Below, one piece after another: positions 50,452 to 60,733 of a stretch of 64,000 nt of DNA. The DNA comes from Oceanispirochaeta sp. GTDB lineage: Bacteria; Spirochaetota; Spirochaetia; DSM-2461. The position numbers were made by a program, and so were the translations under genes. The stretch lies in contig CAXXXD010000003.1 of NCBI GenBank assembly GCA_963663385.2, positions 1,568,001-1,632,000 of the forward strand, given 5' to 3'. Positions within the stretch are counted from its first letter, which is position 1. Every line of letters starts with the position of its first letter. The notes beneath the pieces were generated by a model that saw nothing but the letters and a program-made list of their open reading frames with translations, searched no databases and was not told the origin of the DNA.

Positions 50452-50925
50452 ATGAATAGCAGAACAGCAAGATTGAAGTCCATAAAACGGATTATAAGTG
50501 AATACCATATAACAAGTCAGGAACAGCTCCTTGCCTTCCTTGAGAAGGAAAGTGTCAGTGTTACTCAGGCAACACTGTCCCGGGACTTGAAACTTCTCAA
50601 GGTAGGAAAAGTTTCGGACGGTAACAATGGATACTATTATACCCTTCCGCGCAATAGAAAAGAGATGGAAACAACCCAGCAGTATCTTCATGATATAACC
50701 AGGGGTTTCCTTTCCATCAGTTTTTCCGGGAACCTCTGTATCATGAAAACTCTGGCAGGTCATGCCGATACTGTAGCGATAGCTCTGGACAACCTTGAGA
50801 TGGATGAAATTCTCGGCACCATTGCCGGAGACGATACAATTCTTATTGTCCTGAAGGAAAATCTCAGCAGCAAACAGTTTGTTTCCGTTTTAAAAAGTAC
50901 GATTCCCGAATTGGAGTTGGAATAA
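50452..50925 (+). CDS. argR: Arginine repressor
   Basis: SQEQL, TQATLSRDL, GTIAGDDTI. Confidence 0.96.
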   Translation: MNSRTARLKSIKRIISEYHITSQEQLLAFLEKESVSVTQATLSRDLKLLKVGKVSDGNNGYYYTLPRNRKEMETTQQYLHDITRGFLSISFSGNLCIMKTLAGHADTVAIALDNLEMDEILGTIAGDDTILIVLKENLSSKQFVSVLKSTIPELELE

Positions 50926-51956
50926 TGAAAGCAGCCATACTGGGAACAACCGGATACACAGGGCAGATCCTTCTCAGGCAGTTAAGCTGCCATAAGGATA
51001 TAGACACTCTCATCCCTGTATCCTCATCAAGAGCAGGTGAGTCCGTCCTTAAAGCGGATCCCGGTCTCCACCCTTCTGTTACAGACAAAATGGATACAGG
51101 AGACTATGTGTCTGTCGAAAAAGCAGCCGCTTTGAAACCGGATGTGGTTTTTGCCGCCCTGCCCCATCTTGCTTCGGCCGAATTCTGCGCGCCATTTCTG
51201 GGTAAATCCGTAGTCATAGATCTCTCTGCGGATTTCAGAATTGAAGATCCCGTGCTTTTTCAGAAAGCCTATGGAGAAAAACCGCCCCGTGAGGATCTTC
51301 TGGATCAGGCAGTATACGGACTTTGCGAATGGTACGGCGAAAGGATTAAATCATCCGATCTTATAGCTAATCCCGGATGTTATCCAACCGCATCCCTGCT
51401 ACCCCTCCTTCCGCTTGCCTCAAAGGGCCTTTTAAAATCTGATCCGGTTATCAATGCCTTATCCGGGATTTCCGGAGCAGGAAGGAAAGCCCGGATCGGG
51501 AACCTTCTGGTGGAAAGATCGGAGAACATCTGCGCCTACTCTCCGGGGACACAGCACAGACACTCCTGGGAGATCTGGAAGGAGCTGCAGAAAGCCGACA
51601 GTTCCCTTCAATTACAGTTCATTCCTCATCTTGTTCCCATGAAGCGGGGAATGGCCATTACAACTTCTGTTGCAGTGGATCCTTCTGTGGATGACACGGT
51701 ACTGGAACAGATATATGCAAAGGCATACGGTTCCGCCCCCTTTGTAAAAATAGCCTACCCGGGTATTCCCGAAACGAAGCAGGTATGGGGCTCCAACCGC
51801 TGTGATATCAGCTGGCATCTGGAAGAAAACAGGCTCATCCTTTTCTCTGTTATCGATAATCTGATAAAAGGCGCTTCCGGTCAGGCTGTACAGAACATGA
51901 ATATCCGTTTCGGTTTCAATGAAACCGAAGGACTGAACCTGCATGGTGAAATATAG
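50925..51956 (+). CDS. argC: N-acetyl-gamma-glutamyl-phosphate reductase
   Basis: GTTGYTG, IDLSADFR, ANPGCYPT, SGISGAG, DNLIKGASGQA. Confidence 0.96.
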   Translation: MKAAILGTTGYTGQILLRQLSCHKDIDTLIPVSSSRAGESVLKADPGLHPSVTDKMDTGDYVSVEKAAALKPDVVFAALPHLASAEFCAPFLGKSVVIDLSADFRIEDPVLFQKAYGEKPPREDLLDQAVYGLCEWYGERIKSSDLIANPGCYPTASLLPLLPLASKGLLKSDPVINALSGISGAGRKARIGNLLVERSENICAYSPGTQHRHSWEIWKELQKADSSLQLQFIPHLVPMKRGMAITTSVAVDPSVDDTVLEQIYAKAYGSAPFVKIAYPGIPETKQVWGSNRCDISWHLEENRLILFSVIDNLIKGASGQAVQNMNIRFGFNETEGLNLHGEI

Positions 51957-52735
51957 TGAAGACAGTAATAATAAAAATCGGCGGTAAACCCGCTGAATCC
52001 CGGAAGGCGATAGAAGGACTTTCCCGGGAGATAAAACAGATGCAGGACAAAGGTTCCTACCGTTTTATATTTGTACACGGCGGGGGGACGACTGTCTCGG
52101 CCATACAGAAACAGTATGGAATAGAGCCTGTTTTTGTTGACGGCAGGAGAAGGACTTCTGCCGGAGAAATGGATCTGGTCGATATGGGACTGGCGGGAAA
52201 AGTCAATAAATCCCTGGTGAGGACCTTTCATCTAAACGGTTTGAATGCAGTAGGTTTGTGCGGATCCGACGGGGGTACATTTCTTTCGGCAGACGCAGTG
52301 GGAAACGGTAGGGAGGAGAACAGAACCGGATCCATAATCCATACGGATGACCGGCTGTTGAACCTTCTTCTGGACTCAGGCTATTTTCCTGTTGTCAGTT
52401 CCGTATGCAGTGATTCCTGCGGCAGGGGTATGAATATAAATGCCGACGAGGCAGCCCTTGCCATAGCCGGATCCCTTCAGGCCGAAAGTTTGATCTTTAT
52501 TTCCGACATCCCCGGGATTATCATTAAGAAAGAAGTCCGCAGCAATATGAATGAAGCGGAGATAGAAAAGTATATAGCCGAAGGAGATATTCAGGGCGGT
52601 ATGATTCCTAAAGTCAGGTCTTCCCTGGCAGCATTACGAGGCGGTATCCGGCGGATTCAGATAACCAATTATGAAAAACAGGGTGATTTGAAACTGATTA
52701 CGCGCGGAGAAAAAGGAACCACAATCGTACTTTAA
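51956..52735 (+). CDS. argB: Acetylglutamate kinase
   Basis: KIGG, VHGGG, NINAD, GGMIPKV. Confidence 0.94.
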   Translation: MKTVIIKIGGKPAESRKAIEGLSREIKQMQDKGSYRFIFVHGGGTTVSAIQKQYGIEPVFVDGRRRTSAGEMDLVDMGLAGKVNKSLVRTFHLNGLNAVGLCGSDGGTFLSADAVGNGREENRTGSIIHTDDRLLNLLLDSGYFPVVSSVCSDSCGRGMNINADEAALAIAGSLQAESLIFISDIPGIIIKKEVRSNMNEAEIEKYIAEGDIQGGMIPKVRSSLAALRGGIRRIQITNYEKQGDLKLITRGEKGTTIVL

Positions 52736-52752
52736 GCATAGGAGATTACTAC

Positions 52753-53967
52753 ATGAATGATACTTGTGACACGGCCATGATCAAAAATCCCCCTTTTCCA
52801 AAAAATTATGCAGATACCTTTCTGCAGATTGAAGGGGGCGAAGGGGTATATTTATTTGATACAGCCGGTAAAAAATACCTGGATTTCGGTTCGGGGATTG
52901 CTGTAAACGCCCTTGGTTACGGCCGGGAAGACCTGGCTGAGATAGCGGCATCACAGATGAGGAAACTGATCCATATTTCCAATCTCTACACAACCGAGCC
53001 GGCGGTTAAGCTGGCGGAAGCTCTCACCGCCGCGGGTGATTTTGCGGCTGTTCATTTTGGAAACAGCGGCGCTGAGGCCAATGAAGCGGCTCTGAAATAT
53101 GCCAGGCTCTATTCGCTCACAAGAAAGGGAGAAGGCCACCATAAATTCCTTTCCTTCTCAAACGGATTCCACGGCCGGACAATGGGAGCCCTCAGCGTTA
53201 CGGCAACCGAAAAATATAAAAAACCTTTTACCCCCCTGCTGCCTGGATGTGATGTGATCGACTATAACAGCGTGGAACAGCTCAGGGAATTAAAAAACCC
53301 TGACGAATATGCCGCCGTGATAGTGGAGGTTGTTCAGGGAGAGGGAGGTCTTGTATCCCTATCCGATGAGATGGTCCGGGAACTGAACAGCTTCTGCGCT
53401 GAAAATGACGTGCTTCTTATTGCGGATGAAATACAGACAGGAGTGGGCAGAACAGGATCTGTGTTCGCTTCAGCCGGAGCCGGGCTGAAGGCTGACATTA
53501 TAACCCTTTCAAAACCTCTGGCGGCCGGACTGCCCCTATCCGCCACACTGATCCCTTCCAGAGTCAACGATCTGCTGAAGCCCGGTGATCACGGGACAAC
53601 CTTCGGAGGGGGACCTGTAACAACAGCTGTTGCCTTTAAAATCTGGGAGATCCTGACAGATCCGGCTTTTCTGCAGTCTGTTAATGAAAAAAGTTCCATT
53701 CTCAGAAAGCTTCTGCAGGAAGAACTGGAAAAACAGGGGCTTAAGGGGGAAATCCGCGGGAAAGGCCTTTTATGCGGACTGGTTCTTGATGTGATAACAG
53801 CCGAGAAAATCCCCGTACTGCTTAATGCCTGCCGGGAAAAAGGGCTTCTGCTTCTGCGTTCCGGCAGTAATGTCATCAGGATGGCCCCCCCTCTCATTAT
53901 AAATGAAAAAGAACTCCGGGAAGGAGTCAATATACTTTTTAATACAATCAAGGAGATTGAAAAATGA
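52753..53967 (+). CDS. argD: Acetylornithine aminotransferase
   Basis: NSGAEANE, FHGRT, QGEGG, DEIQTG.GRTG, HGTTFGG. Confidence 0.92.
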   Translation: MNDTCDTAMIKNPPFPKNYADTFLQIEGGEGVYLFDTAGKKYLDFGSGIAVNALGYGREDLAEIAASQMRKLIHISNLYTTEPAVKLAEALTAAGDFAAVHFGNSGAEANEAALKYARLYSLTRKGEGHHKFLSFSNGFHGRTMGALSVTATEKYKKPFTPLLPGCDVIDYNSVEQLRELKNPDEYAAVIVEVVQGEGGLVSLSDEMVRELNSFCAENDVLLIADEIQTGVGRTGSVFASAGAGLKADIITLSKPLAAGLPLSATLIPSRVNDLLKPGDHGTTFGGGPVTTAVAFKIWEILTDPAFLQSVNEKSSILRKLLQEELEKQGLKGEIRGKGLLCGLVLDVITAEKIPVLLNACREKGLLLLRSGSNVIRMAPPLIINEKELREGVNILFNTIKEIEK

Positions 53968-55238
53968 AAGACAATAACATTAAGAAAATCGCCCTGGCCT
54001 ACTCCGGAGGACTGGATACATCCATAATCATCCCCTGGCTGAAGGAAAACTATAACAATGCGGAAATTATCGCAATTTGTACCAATGTAGGACAGGATGA
54101 AGACTGGGACGGAATGGAACAGAAAGCCCTGAATGCGGGGGCTTCCAAATACTTTCTGGCAGACCTGAGAGAAGAACTGACTACCGATTACATTTACCCC
54201 ATGGTAAGGGCCGGAGCCATTTACGAAGGCCACTACCTTATGGGAACATCCATAGCCAGACCGCTGCAGGCAAAATATCAGGTGGATATAGCCCTTCAGG
54301 AAGGCTGTGACGCCCTCTGTCACGGGTGTACGGGAAAGGGAAATGATCAGGTTCGTTTCGAATTGACCTATAAAGCTCTGGCTCCCCACCTGAAAGTAAT
54401 CGCCCCCTGGAGAATCTGGGACATCAGATCCAGAGAAGATGCCATTGAGTTTGCGGAGAAACGCGGCATCAACCTGGGAAACATCTCAAAAAAGAATATT
54501 TATTCCAGAGACTGGAATATCTGGCATATGAGTCATGAGGGAGGCGATCTGGAAGATCCCTGGAACAGACCTCAGGATCCCATGTTCCAGCTGACGAAAT
54601 CTCCCAGGGAAGCTCCGGATGAAGAAACGGAAGTGATTATAGACTTTGAAAAAGGTATCCCCGTTGGTATCAACGGGAATAAGATGGAGGCTTACAAGCT
54701 GCTCCAGGAACTGAACAAACTGGCTTCCGTGAACGGAATCGGCCGGGTGGACATTGTTGAGACCAGACTGGTGGGGATGAAGAGCCGCGGTGTATACGAA
54801 ACTCCTGCGGGGACACTCCTGCACATAGCTCTGAGAGACCTGGAGATGTTTACCATCAATAACGATGCCCTGCATATGAAACACAAACTGGCTATCGATT
54901 ATGCAGACCTTCTTTATGCGGGAAAGTGGTACACAACAGCCCGGTATGCCCTGGAAGAGTTCATGAAAAAAACCACCGAATACACAACCGGATCGGTCAG
55001 ACTGATACTCTATAAGGGCAGCGCCACTGTAGCAGGAAGAAAATCTCCCTACGCCCTCTATCTGGAAGACCTGGCGTCCTTCGGTGAGTCCAGCTACGAT
55101 CACCACGATGCGGAAGGATTTATCAACCTCTATGGTCTGTCCACCGGTGTCACGGCAATGGTTCAGAAAAAACTGCAGGATGATTCCGGGCAGGCTGTGG
55201 AAATCAAGGCAACCGCGGCATCTTTCCATGACAAATAA
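53964..55238 (+). CDS. argG: Argininosuccinate synthase
   Basis: AYSGGLDTS, HGCTGKGNDQVRF, KSRGVYETP. Confidence 0.97.
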   Translation: MKDNNIKKIALAYSGGLDTSIIIPWLKENYNNAEIIAICTNVGQDEDWDGMEQKALNAGASKYFLADLREELTTDYIYPMVRAGAIYEGHYLMGTSIARPLQAKYQVDIALQEGCDALCHGCTGKGNDQVRFELTYKALAPHLKVIAPWRIWDIRSREDAIEFAEKRGINLGNISKKNIYSRDWNIWHMSHEGGDLEDPWNRPQDPMFQLTKSPREAPDEETEVIIDFEKGIPVGINGNKMEAYKLLQELNKLASVNGIGRVDIVETRLVGMKSRGVYETPAGTLLHIALRDLEMFTINNDALHMKHKLAIDYADLLYAGKWYTTARYALEEFMKKTTEYTTGSVRLILYKGSATVAGRKSPYALYLEDLASFGESSYDHHDAEGFINLYGLSTGVTAMVQKKLQDDSGQAVEIKATAASFHDK

Positions 55239-55264
55239 GTTTTTACCATAAAAATATTTACAAG

Positions 55265-55300
55265 TATAAAAAACCTGCCCTTTCGGGCAGGTTTTTTATA
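55265..55300 (+). terminator. Intrinsic terminator after argG
   Basis: TATAAAAAA-CCTGCCC-TTTC-GGGCAGG-TTTTTTATA. Confidence 0.9.
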
Positions 55301-55353
55301 CACATACAGTGGGAACGGGATTTAAACCCGGAATTAATGAAACCCGTTTATTG

Positions 55354-55380
55354 TCTCCCCTTTGGGGAGATTGAGAGGGG
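55354..55380. repeat. Palindromic repeat unit TCTCCCC-TTT-GGGGAGA-TTGAGAGGGG
   Basis: Perfect 7-bp hairpin; 16 bp identical (inverted) to 27203-27218. Confidence 0.55.
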
Positions 55381-55444
55381 CCTGGTATTGAAATTCCGGC
55401 AGTATTCCGCCTATGATGAAACATAAAATAGATGGAGGAATAAT

Positions 55445-57022
55445 ATGTCTCTTGAATATAAAAACCTTGATAAGACAGCAGCTTTTACCAGTCTCAAAGA
55501 AAAAAATGAAAAGGTGTCCCTTAAGGATCTTCTTACGGCAGATCGTATCAGAGAGTGCCGGATACCTGCAGGAGGCGGCCTGGAATACAATTACGCAGCC
55601 AAAAGCGTAAACGATTCCCTGTTGTCCGCTCTCCAGGCTTTAGCTGAGGAGCAGCAAATAATTGAAAAGTATAAAGAGCTTCTTAACGGGGCATTTGTAA
55701 ATACAGGGGAAAACAGAATGGTCCTGCATCAGCTTACACGCGGACAACAGGGCATGGATGTTCTTTTTGAAGGAAAGAATCAGAGGGAGTTCTACACTTC
55801 CCAGCTTGACCGGATCAGGTCCTTTGTTAAAGACATACACAGCGGAAAAATCAAAGGTTCAACCGGCAAGGTATTTGATACGGTAGTACAGATCGGAATC
55901 GGCGGTTCCGACCTGGGCCCCAGAGCCCTCTACCTTGCTCTGGAGAATCTCTGTGAATCTTTCATGAAGGCCCATTTCATCTCCAACGTTGACCCCGACG
56001 ATGCCAATGCGGTACTGTCCGGCCTGAATCTTGAAACCTCCCTGTTTATCCTGGTTTCAAAAAGCGGAACAACCCAGGAAACACTGGCAAACAGGAATTT
56101 TGTCATTGAAAAAACAAAACAGGCCGGGATCAGGGGCTTCAACCCTGCCGTCCACATGATTGCCGTAACAAGCGAAACCAGCCCTCTTGCGGGATCTCCC
56201 GACGTTCTGGATTCCTTCTATATGGATGATTTTATCGGCGGACGCTACTCTTCAACCAGCGCCGTTGGCGGAGCTGTTCTGTCTCTGGCTTTCGGAACCG
56301 AAGTATTCGAGGAGATCCTGAAGGGAGCCGCAGAGGCCGACAAGCTGGCTCTGAATCCTGAGATGAAGATGAATGCTTCCATGATGGATGCCATGATCGG
56401 TGTTTATGAAAGGAATATTCTCGGATTTCCCTCAACCGCCGTACTGCCCTACAGCCAGGCCCTTTCCCGCTTCCCCGCGCATCTGCAGCAGATGGATATG
56501 GAAAGCAATGGTAAATCTGTCAACCGCGCAGGAGAGGCTGTTGACTATGCGACAGGCCCGGTAATATTCGGGGAACCCGGAACAAACGGACAGCATTCTT
56601 TTTACCAGCTCCTGCATCAGGGAACCGATATCATACCCCTTCAGTTTATCGGATTCCGTAACGCTCAGATTGCGTCGGATCTGGACTATGAGGGATCAAC
56701 CAGCCAGCAGAAACTGAAAGCGAATCTTGTCGCACAGATTGTTGCTTTTGCCAAAGGAAAAGACGACAGCAACCCCAACAAGAACTTTGCCGGAGAGCGT
56801 CCTTCTTCCGTCATTACAGGTGATCAGCTGACACCGGCGGCGCTGGGAGCGCTGCTGGCACACTTTGAGAATAAAGTAATGTTTCAGGGTTTTATCTGGA
56901 ATTTAAATTCCTTTGACCAGGAAGGTGTTCAGCTGGGCAAGGTGCTGGCCGGCAAGGTGCTGGCCGGCGGCGAGGATATGGATCCCGTTCTGAAGGCCTA
57001 CACGGATCTTCTTTCCATATAG
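55445..57022 (+). CDS. pgi: Glucose-6-phosphate isomerase
   Basis: IGIGGSDLGP, SKSGTT.ET, GGRYS, MESNGK, GTNGQHSFYQLLHQG, FDQEGVQLGK. Confidence 0.97.
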   Translation: MSLEYKNLDKTAAFTSLKEKNEKVSLKDLLTADRIRECRIPAGGGLEYNYAAKSVNDSLLSALQALAEEQQIIEKYKELLNGAFVNTGENRMVLHQLTRGQQGMDVLFEGKNQREFYTSQLDRIRSFVKDIHSGKIKGSTGKVFDTVVQIGIGGSDLGPRALYLALENLCESFMKAHFISNVDPDDANAVLSGLNLETSLFILVSKSGTTQETLANRNFVIEKTKQAGIRGFNPAVHMIAVTSETSPLAGSPDVLDSFYMDDFIGGRYSSTSAVGGAVLSLAFGTEVFEEILKGAAEADKLALNPEMKMNASMMDAMIGVYERNILGFPSTAVLPYSQALSRFPAHLQQMDMESNGKSVNRAGEAVDYATGPVIFGEPGTNGQHSFYQLLHQGTDIIPLQFIGFRNAQIASDLDYEGSTSQQKLKANLVAQIVAFAKGKDDSNPNKNFAGERPSSVITGDQLTPAALGALLAHFENKVMFQGFIWNLNSFDQEGVQLGKVLAGKVLAGGEDMDPVLKAYTDLLSI

Positions 57023-57047
57023 ACCTTTTTTCTTTAGAGTTTATTAA

Positions 57048-57087
57048 AGCAGGATGACAAGGAAGACAGTCATCCTGCTATTTTTTT
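57048..57087 (+). terminator. Intrinsic terminator after pgi
   Basis: AGCAGGATGAC / GTCATCCTGCT stem followed by ATTTTTTT. Confidence 0.8.
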
Positions 57088-57188
57088 ACAGAAATCAATG
57101 GATTGTTTCATACCCGGGAAATACAGGTAACAGGAAAAAAAGGACCGGAGGAATATTTATGTGATCCTTCGGCCCCCCTTTGAAGGCT

Positions 57189-57962
57189 CTACTCTTTCCA
57201 GGGAAAAATCGTCCCTTTCAGGGTTCGTTTCCCGATTTTTTCCCTTTCTTCCCTTAACAGGGCATTCCAGGGAATTTTTTTTCTGTCCGCATCAGGAGTC
57301 TCTTCCAGATAATCATATTTCATCATCAACAGCTTCATTCCGCTCTCCAGAAGCACCAGGATCCCGCCGATACCTGGCAGGATAAAGGCCAGAACAATAG
57401 ACAGGGCGGCATTAAACACCAGTCCGATTAAGAGAAACAGGGCAACAGCCGTATTATCAAAAAGAAGGATAAAGCATTTTTTCAGTATCTTCCGGACATC
57501 CCTGTCAAGGCTGTTCAGAACGGGGAAAAAGTAAACGGATCCCAGACTGACCAATACAAAGATCCAGAAAAGGAATGCCATCCCGATCAGTCCCATCATA
57601 TTGCCGATCTGACTATAAAACCTGAAACCGATAAAACAGACAAAGTAAAAAGCCAGGGCCGCCGCTCCGAAAAAGAGACTCTGCTTCCAGGTTTCCTTTA
57701 TATAGCGTACAATATCCTTAATTTCAGGAGAAGTATAATAGATCAGATCTTTTATATACCGGGAGGCTCCCCCGATATAGATAAAAATAGCCAGAACCCC
57801 CGCTACAAGAACAGCCATACTAAGTAAGGGAATTCCGACTAGCCATTGGGGAACAAATATCGGGATAATCAGCAGCACGATCATACCTAGGTTGACAAGA
57901 AGAATCCTTCCCATATTATCCCAGGTATCCCAGAATGCCTTTTTAAATAAAAAACCAATCAA
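57189..57962 (-). CDS. Multi-pass membrane protein (DUF624/YesL-like)
   Basis: About 5-6 TM helices; TTG start with GGAG RBS. Confidence 0.7.
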   Translation of the reverse strand: MIGFLFKKAFWDTWDNMGRILLVNLGMIVLLIIPIFVPQWLVGIPLLSMAVLVAGVLAIFIYIGGASRYIKDLIYYTSPEIKDIVRYIKETWKQSLFFGAAALAFYFVCFIGFRFYSQIGNMMGLIGMAFLFWIFVLVSLGSVYFFPVLNSLDRDVRKILKKCFILLFDNTAVALFLLIGLVFNAALSIVLAFILPGIGGILVLLESGMKLLMMKYDYLEETPDADRKKIPWNALLREEREKIGKRTLKGTIFPWKE

Positions 57963-58009
57963 AATCAGTCTCCTTAATATTTATTTTATAAATGTACCAA
58001 ACAAAACTA

Positions 58010-60136
58010 CTAATTTAAACCTTTCATGGAAAGGGAAATCCTTTTACGTTTCAAATCTACCTCCAGAACACGGACTTCCACTTTCTGGCCGACTTTTACA
58101 ATCTCCGAGGGATCATTAACAAAACGGTCCGCCAGTTGGGATATATGAACCAGACCGTCCTGGTGTACTCCGATATCCACAAAAGCACCAAAAGCAGTCA
58201 CATTCGTCACAATCCCGGGAAGAACCATCTCCTCTGCCAGATCTTCCGGCGTTTCCACATCTTCAGAGAATTCAAAAACAGAGAAGGATTCTCTCGGATC
58301 CCTTCCCGGCTGTTTCAATTCATTAAGGATATCCTGGATTGTCTCCTTCCCGCAATCGCCGCTGATATAATCCTGCCATTTAAGATTTTTCAATCCGGCA
58401 GATTCATGAATAAGCTCACTCAGTTTTACGCCCAGGTCGCTGGCAAAGCGGGCAACCAGAGCATACCGTTCCGGATGGATACCCGTGTTATCCAGCGGAT
58501 TCTCGCCGTTTCGTATACGCAGAAATCCCGATGCCTGTTCAAAAGCCTTAGCGCCTACACCTTTGACTTGTAAAAGCTCCTTCCTGTTTTTAAAGGGACC
58601 GTTTATTTCCCTGTGGGCAACAATGGAAGCGGCAGATTTTCTGTTTAGCCCGGAAACGTAGGATAACAGCTGAACACTTGCGGTATTCAGCTCCACCCCG
58701 ACTTTATTTACACAATTAACAACGACCACATCCAGGGCGTCCTTCAAGGATTTCTGGTCCACATCATGCTGATATTGACCGACACCTATGGCACAGGGAT
58801 CAATTTTAACCAGCTCTGCCAGAGGATCCATCAGCCTGCGGCCTATTGAAACAGCTCCCCTGACCGTTATATCATGGTTGGGGAATTCTTCTCTGGCTGC
58901 TTCCGAAGCCGAATAGACAGATGCCCCGCTCTCACTGACCATAATGACCGGTATGTCCTGCAGACAGCCAAGATTCCGGCAAAAAGATAGAATCTCCCTT
59001 CCCCCGGTTCCATTTCCGGTTGCCACAGCCTGGATTTTATACTTTTTGACAAGACCGGCTATCCTGGTTCCGGCCTCTTCTGTTTTATTATAGGGAGCAA
59101 GCGGATAGATAACATCATTGTACAGAAGATCTCCCTGCGCATTAAGACAGACAATCTTGCATCCGGTTCTTAATCCCGGGTCAACAGCCAGAATGTTTTT
59201 CTGTCCCAGAGGAGCATCCATCAGAAGCTCCTTCAGATTCTCCGAAAAGATCCTGATGGCCTCTGTATCGGCAGACTCTTTAAGACTTTTCCGGGTTTCG
59301 GTTTCAAGGGACGGAGCCAGGAGTCTTTTGTAGGAATCCTGCATCACCTCCTCCACAAGTTTATGCCAGCGGGAAGCATCCAGACCGCTCTCTCTTTCCA
59401 GACGACTAAGGGCTGTCTGCTCTTCCGGTTTTATTTTAACCCTGAGTACACCCTCATTCATACCACGGTACATAGCCAGGATCCGGTGAGAAGGAATACG
59501 GTCAACCGACTCGCTCCAGTCAAAATAATCACGGAATTTCTGTCCCTCCTCCTCTTTTCCTTTAATTATGGAGGACTGAAACCGGGAACGATTTCTGAAG
59601 AGCTGGCGTAAAGTCTCCCGTACGGCTCGGTTTTCATTTATTTCTTCTGCCAGTATATCCGAGGCGCCGGAGAGAGCTTCTTCCCAGCTTCCGGCCTGGT
59701 TTTCAGATCCGAAATATGCGGATTTTTCTATTTTATCCAGGGGCGTATTTTTTCTGATAAGATCGGCAAGGGGTTGAAGCCCCTTCTCTCGGGCTGCCAT
59801 GCCTCTTGTTTTTTTGCGCGGCTTATACGGCAGATAGAGATCTTCCAGAGCTGTACTGTCCTGAATAGACATAATCTGTCTTTTCAATTCATCCGTCAGT
59901 TTACCCTGGGATTCTATTGTTTTCAGGATTGTCTGTTTCCGCTTTTCCATTTCCCGGAGCTTTTCAGCCGTTTCCAGGACATTCCTGATCTGGACTTCAT
60001 CAAGATTTCCCGTTCTTTCTTTTCTGTAACGGGCCATAAAGGGAACCGTAGCCCCTTCGTCAGCCATCTTCAGGATTTCATTAACCGATTCTTTACGAAG
60101 ACCAAGATCTTCTGCTGTTTTGATTACTAGATTCAT
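58010..60136 (-). CDS. tex: Tex-family RNA-binding transcription accessory protein
   Basis: GATVPFMARYRKERTG, DPGLRTGCK, IGVGQYQHDV, C-terminal S1 domain. Confidence 0.95.
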   Translation of the reverse strand: MNLVIKTAEDLGLRKESVNEILKMADEGATVPFMARYRKERTGNLDEVQIRNVLETAEKLREMEKRKQTILKTIESQGKLTDELKRQIMSIQDSTALEDLYLPYKPRKKTRGMAAREKGLQPLADLIRKNTPLDKIEKSAYFGSENQAGSWEEALSGASDILAEEINENRAVRETLRQLFRNRSRFQSSIIKGKEEEGQKFRDYFDWSESVDRIPSHRILAMYRGMNEGVLRVKIKPEEQTALSRLERESGLDASRWHKLVEEVMQDSYKRLLAPSLETETRKSLKESADTEAIRIFSENLKELLMDAPLGQKNILAVDPGLRTGCKIVCLNAQGDLLYNDVIYPLAPYNKTEEAGTRIAGLVKKYKIQAVATGNGTGGREILSFCRNLGCLQDIPVIMVSESGASVYSASEAAREEFPNHDITVRGAVSIGRRLMDPLAELVKIDPCAIGVGQYQHDVDQKSLKDALDVVVVNCVNKVGVELNTASVQLLSYVSGLNRKSAASIVAHREINGPFKNRKELLQVKGVGAKAFEQASGFLRIRNGENPLDNTGIHPERYALVARFASDLGVKLSELIHESAGLKNLKWQDYISGDCGKETIQDILNELKQPGRDPRESFSVFEFSEDVETPEDLAEEMVLPGIVTNVTAFGAFVDIGVHQDGLVHISQLADRFVNDPSEIVKVGQKVEVRVLEVDLKRKRISLSMKGLN

Positions 60137-60155
60137 ACCTCACAGTATATCAGGA

Positions 60156-60578
60156 TTATCGATCCCATTGAAGGTAAATTTCGGATCCTTCCTTACGGAT
60201 TATCAGGGTTTCGCTCCACCGGCTCGTCCCCCCCGGATAAACGGAACGGATTCTGAGGAACACCATTTCCGATTTCACATTGGAAAGAGAAAATGTATTC
60301 CCCCGCAACGTCCAGTTCTGAAGAGAAGAGTTAAAATCCGCTTTATCCGATACCTGCACCTCGTAACTCCTGGCTCCCTTGACTTCTTCCCAGCTCAGCA
60401 ATACCGGCAGAGTGGCCCGGGAGGACTCCAGAAGGATTTTCGGCCGTGACATATATAAAGGTTCATCATTCAATGACCGGGGGGACTCTACTGCTGTTCT
60501 GCAGGAAAAAAACAGACATGTGATCATAAAAGAAAGTATAGCTATTTTGACATTTTTAAACATTTTGTAATTAAACAT
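60156..60578 (-). CDS. Putative lipoprotein with an FN3-like domain
   Basis: LFFSC lipobox; LSWEEVKGA.SYEVQV...LRIRSV..SRWS. Confidence 0.6.
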   Translation of the reverse strand: MFNYKMFKNVKIAILSFMITCLFFSCRTAVESPRSLNDEPLYMSRPKILLESSRATLPVLLSWEEVKGARSYEVQVSDKADFNSSLQNWTLRGNTFSLSNVKSEMVFLRIRSVYPGGTSRWSETLIIRKEGSEIYLQWDR

Positions 60579-60670
60579 TCTCTACCTGAAAATAAAAATT
60601 TTCAGACAATATAATCCTTTTATAACGAGGCTGTAAAGGTCTGACCTGAAAGACAATTTTGTAATTAAAC

Positions 60671-60704
60671 TTGACATGTTATTTAAGTAAACGTATCGTA
60701 TAAT
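60671..60704 (+). promoter_or_regulatory. Sigma70-type promoter of the BMP ABC operon
   Basis: TTGACA - 17 nt - TATCGT, with an overlapping TATAAT. Confidence 0.6.
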
Positions 60705-60733
60705 TCAGAATATAGAAACCCTAAGGAGAAATT

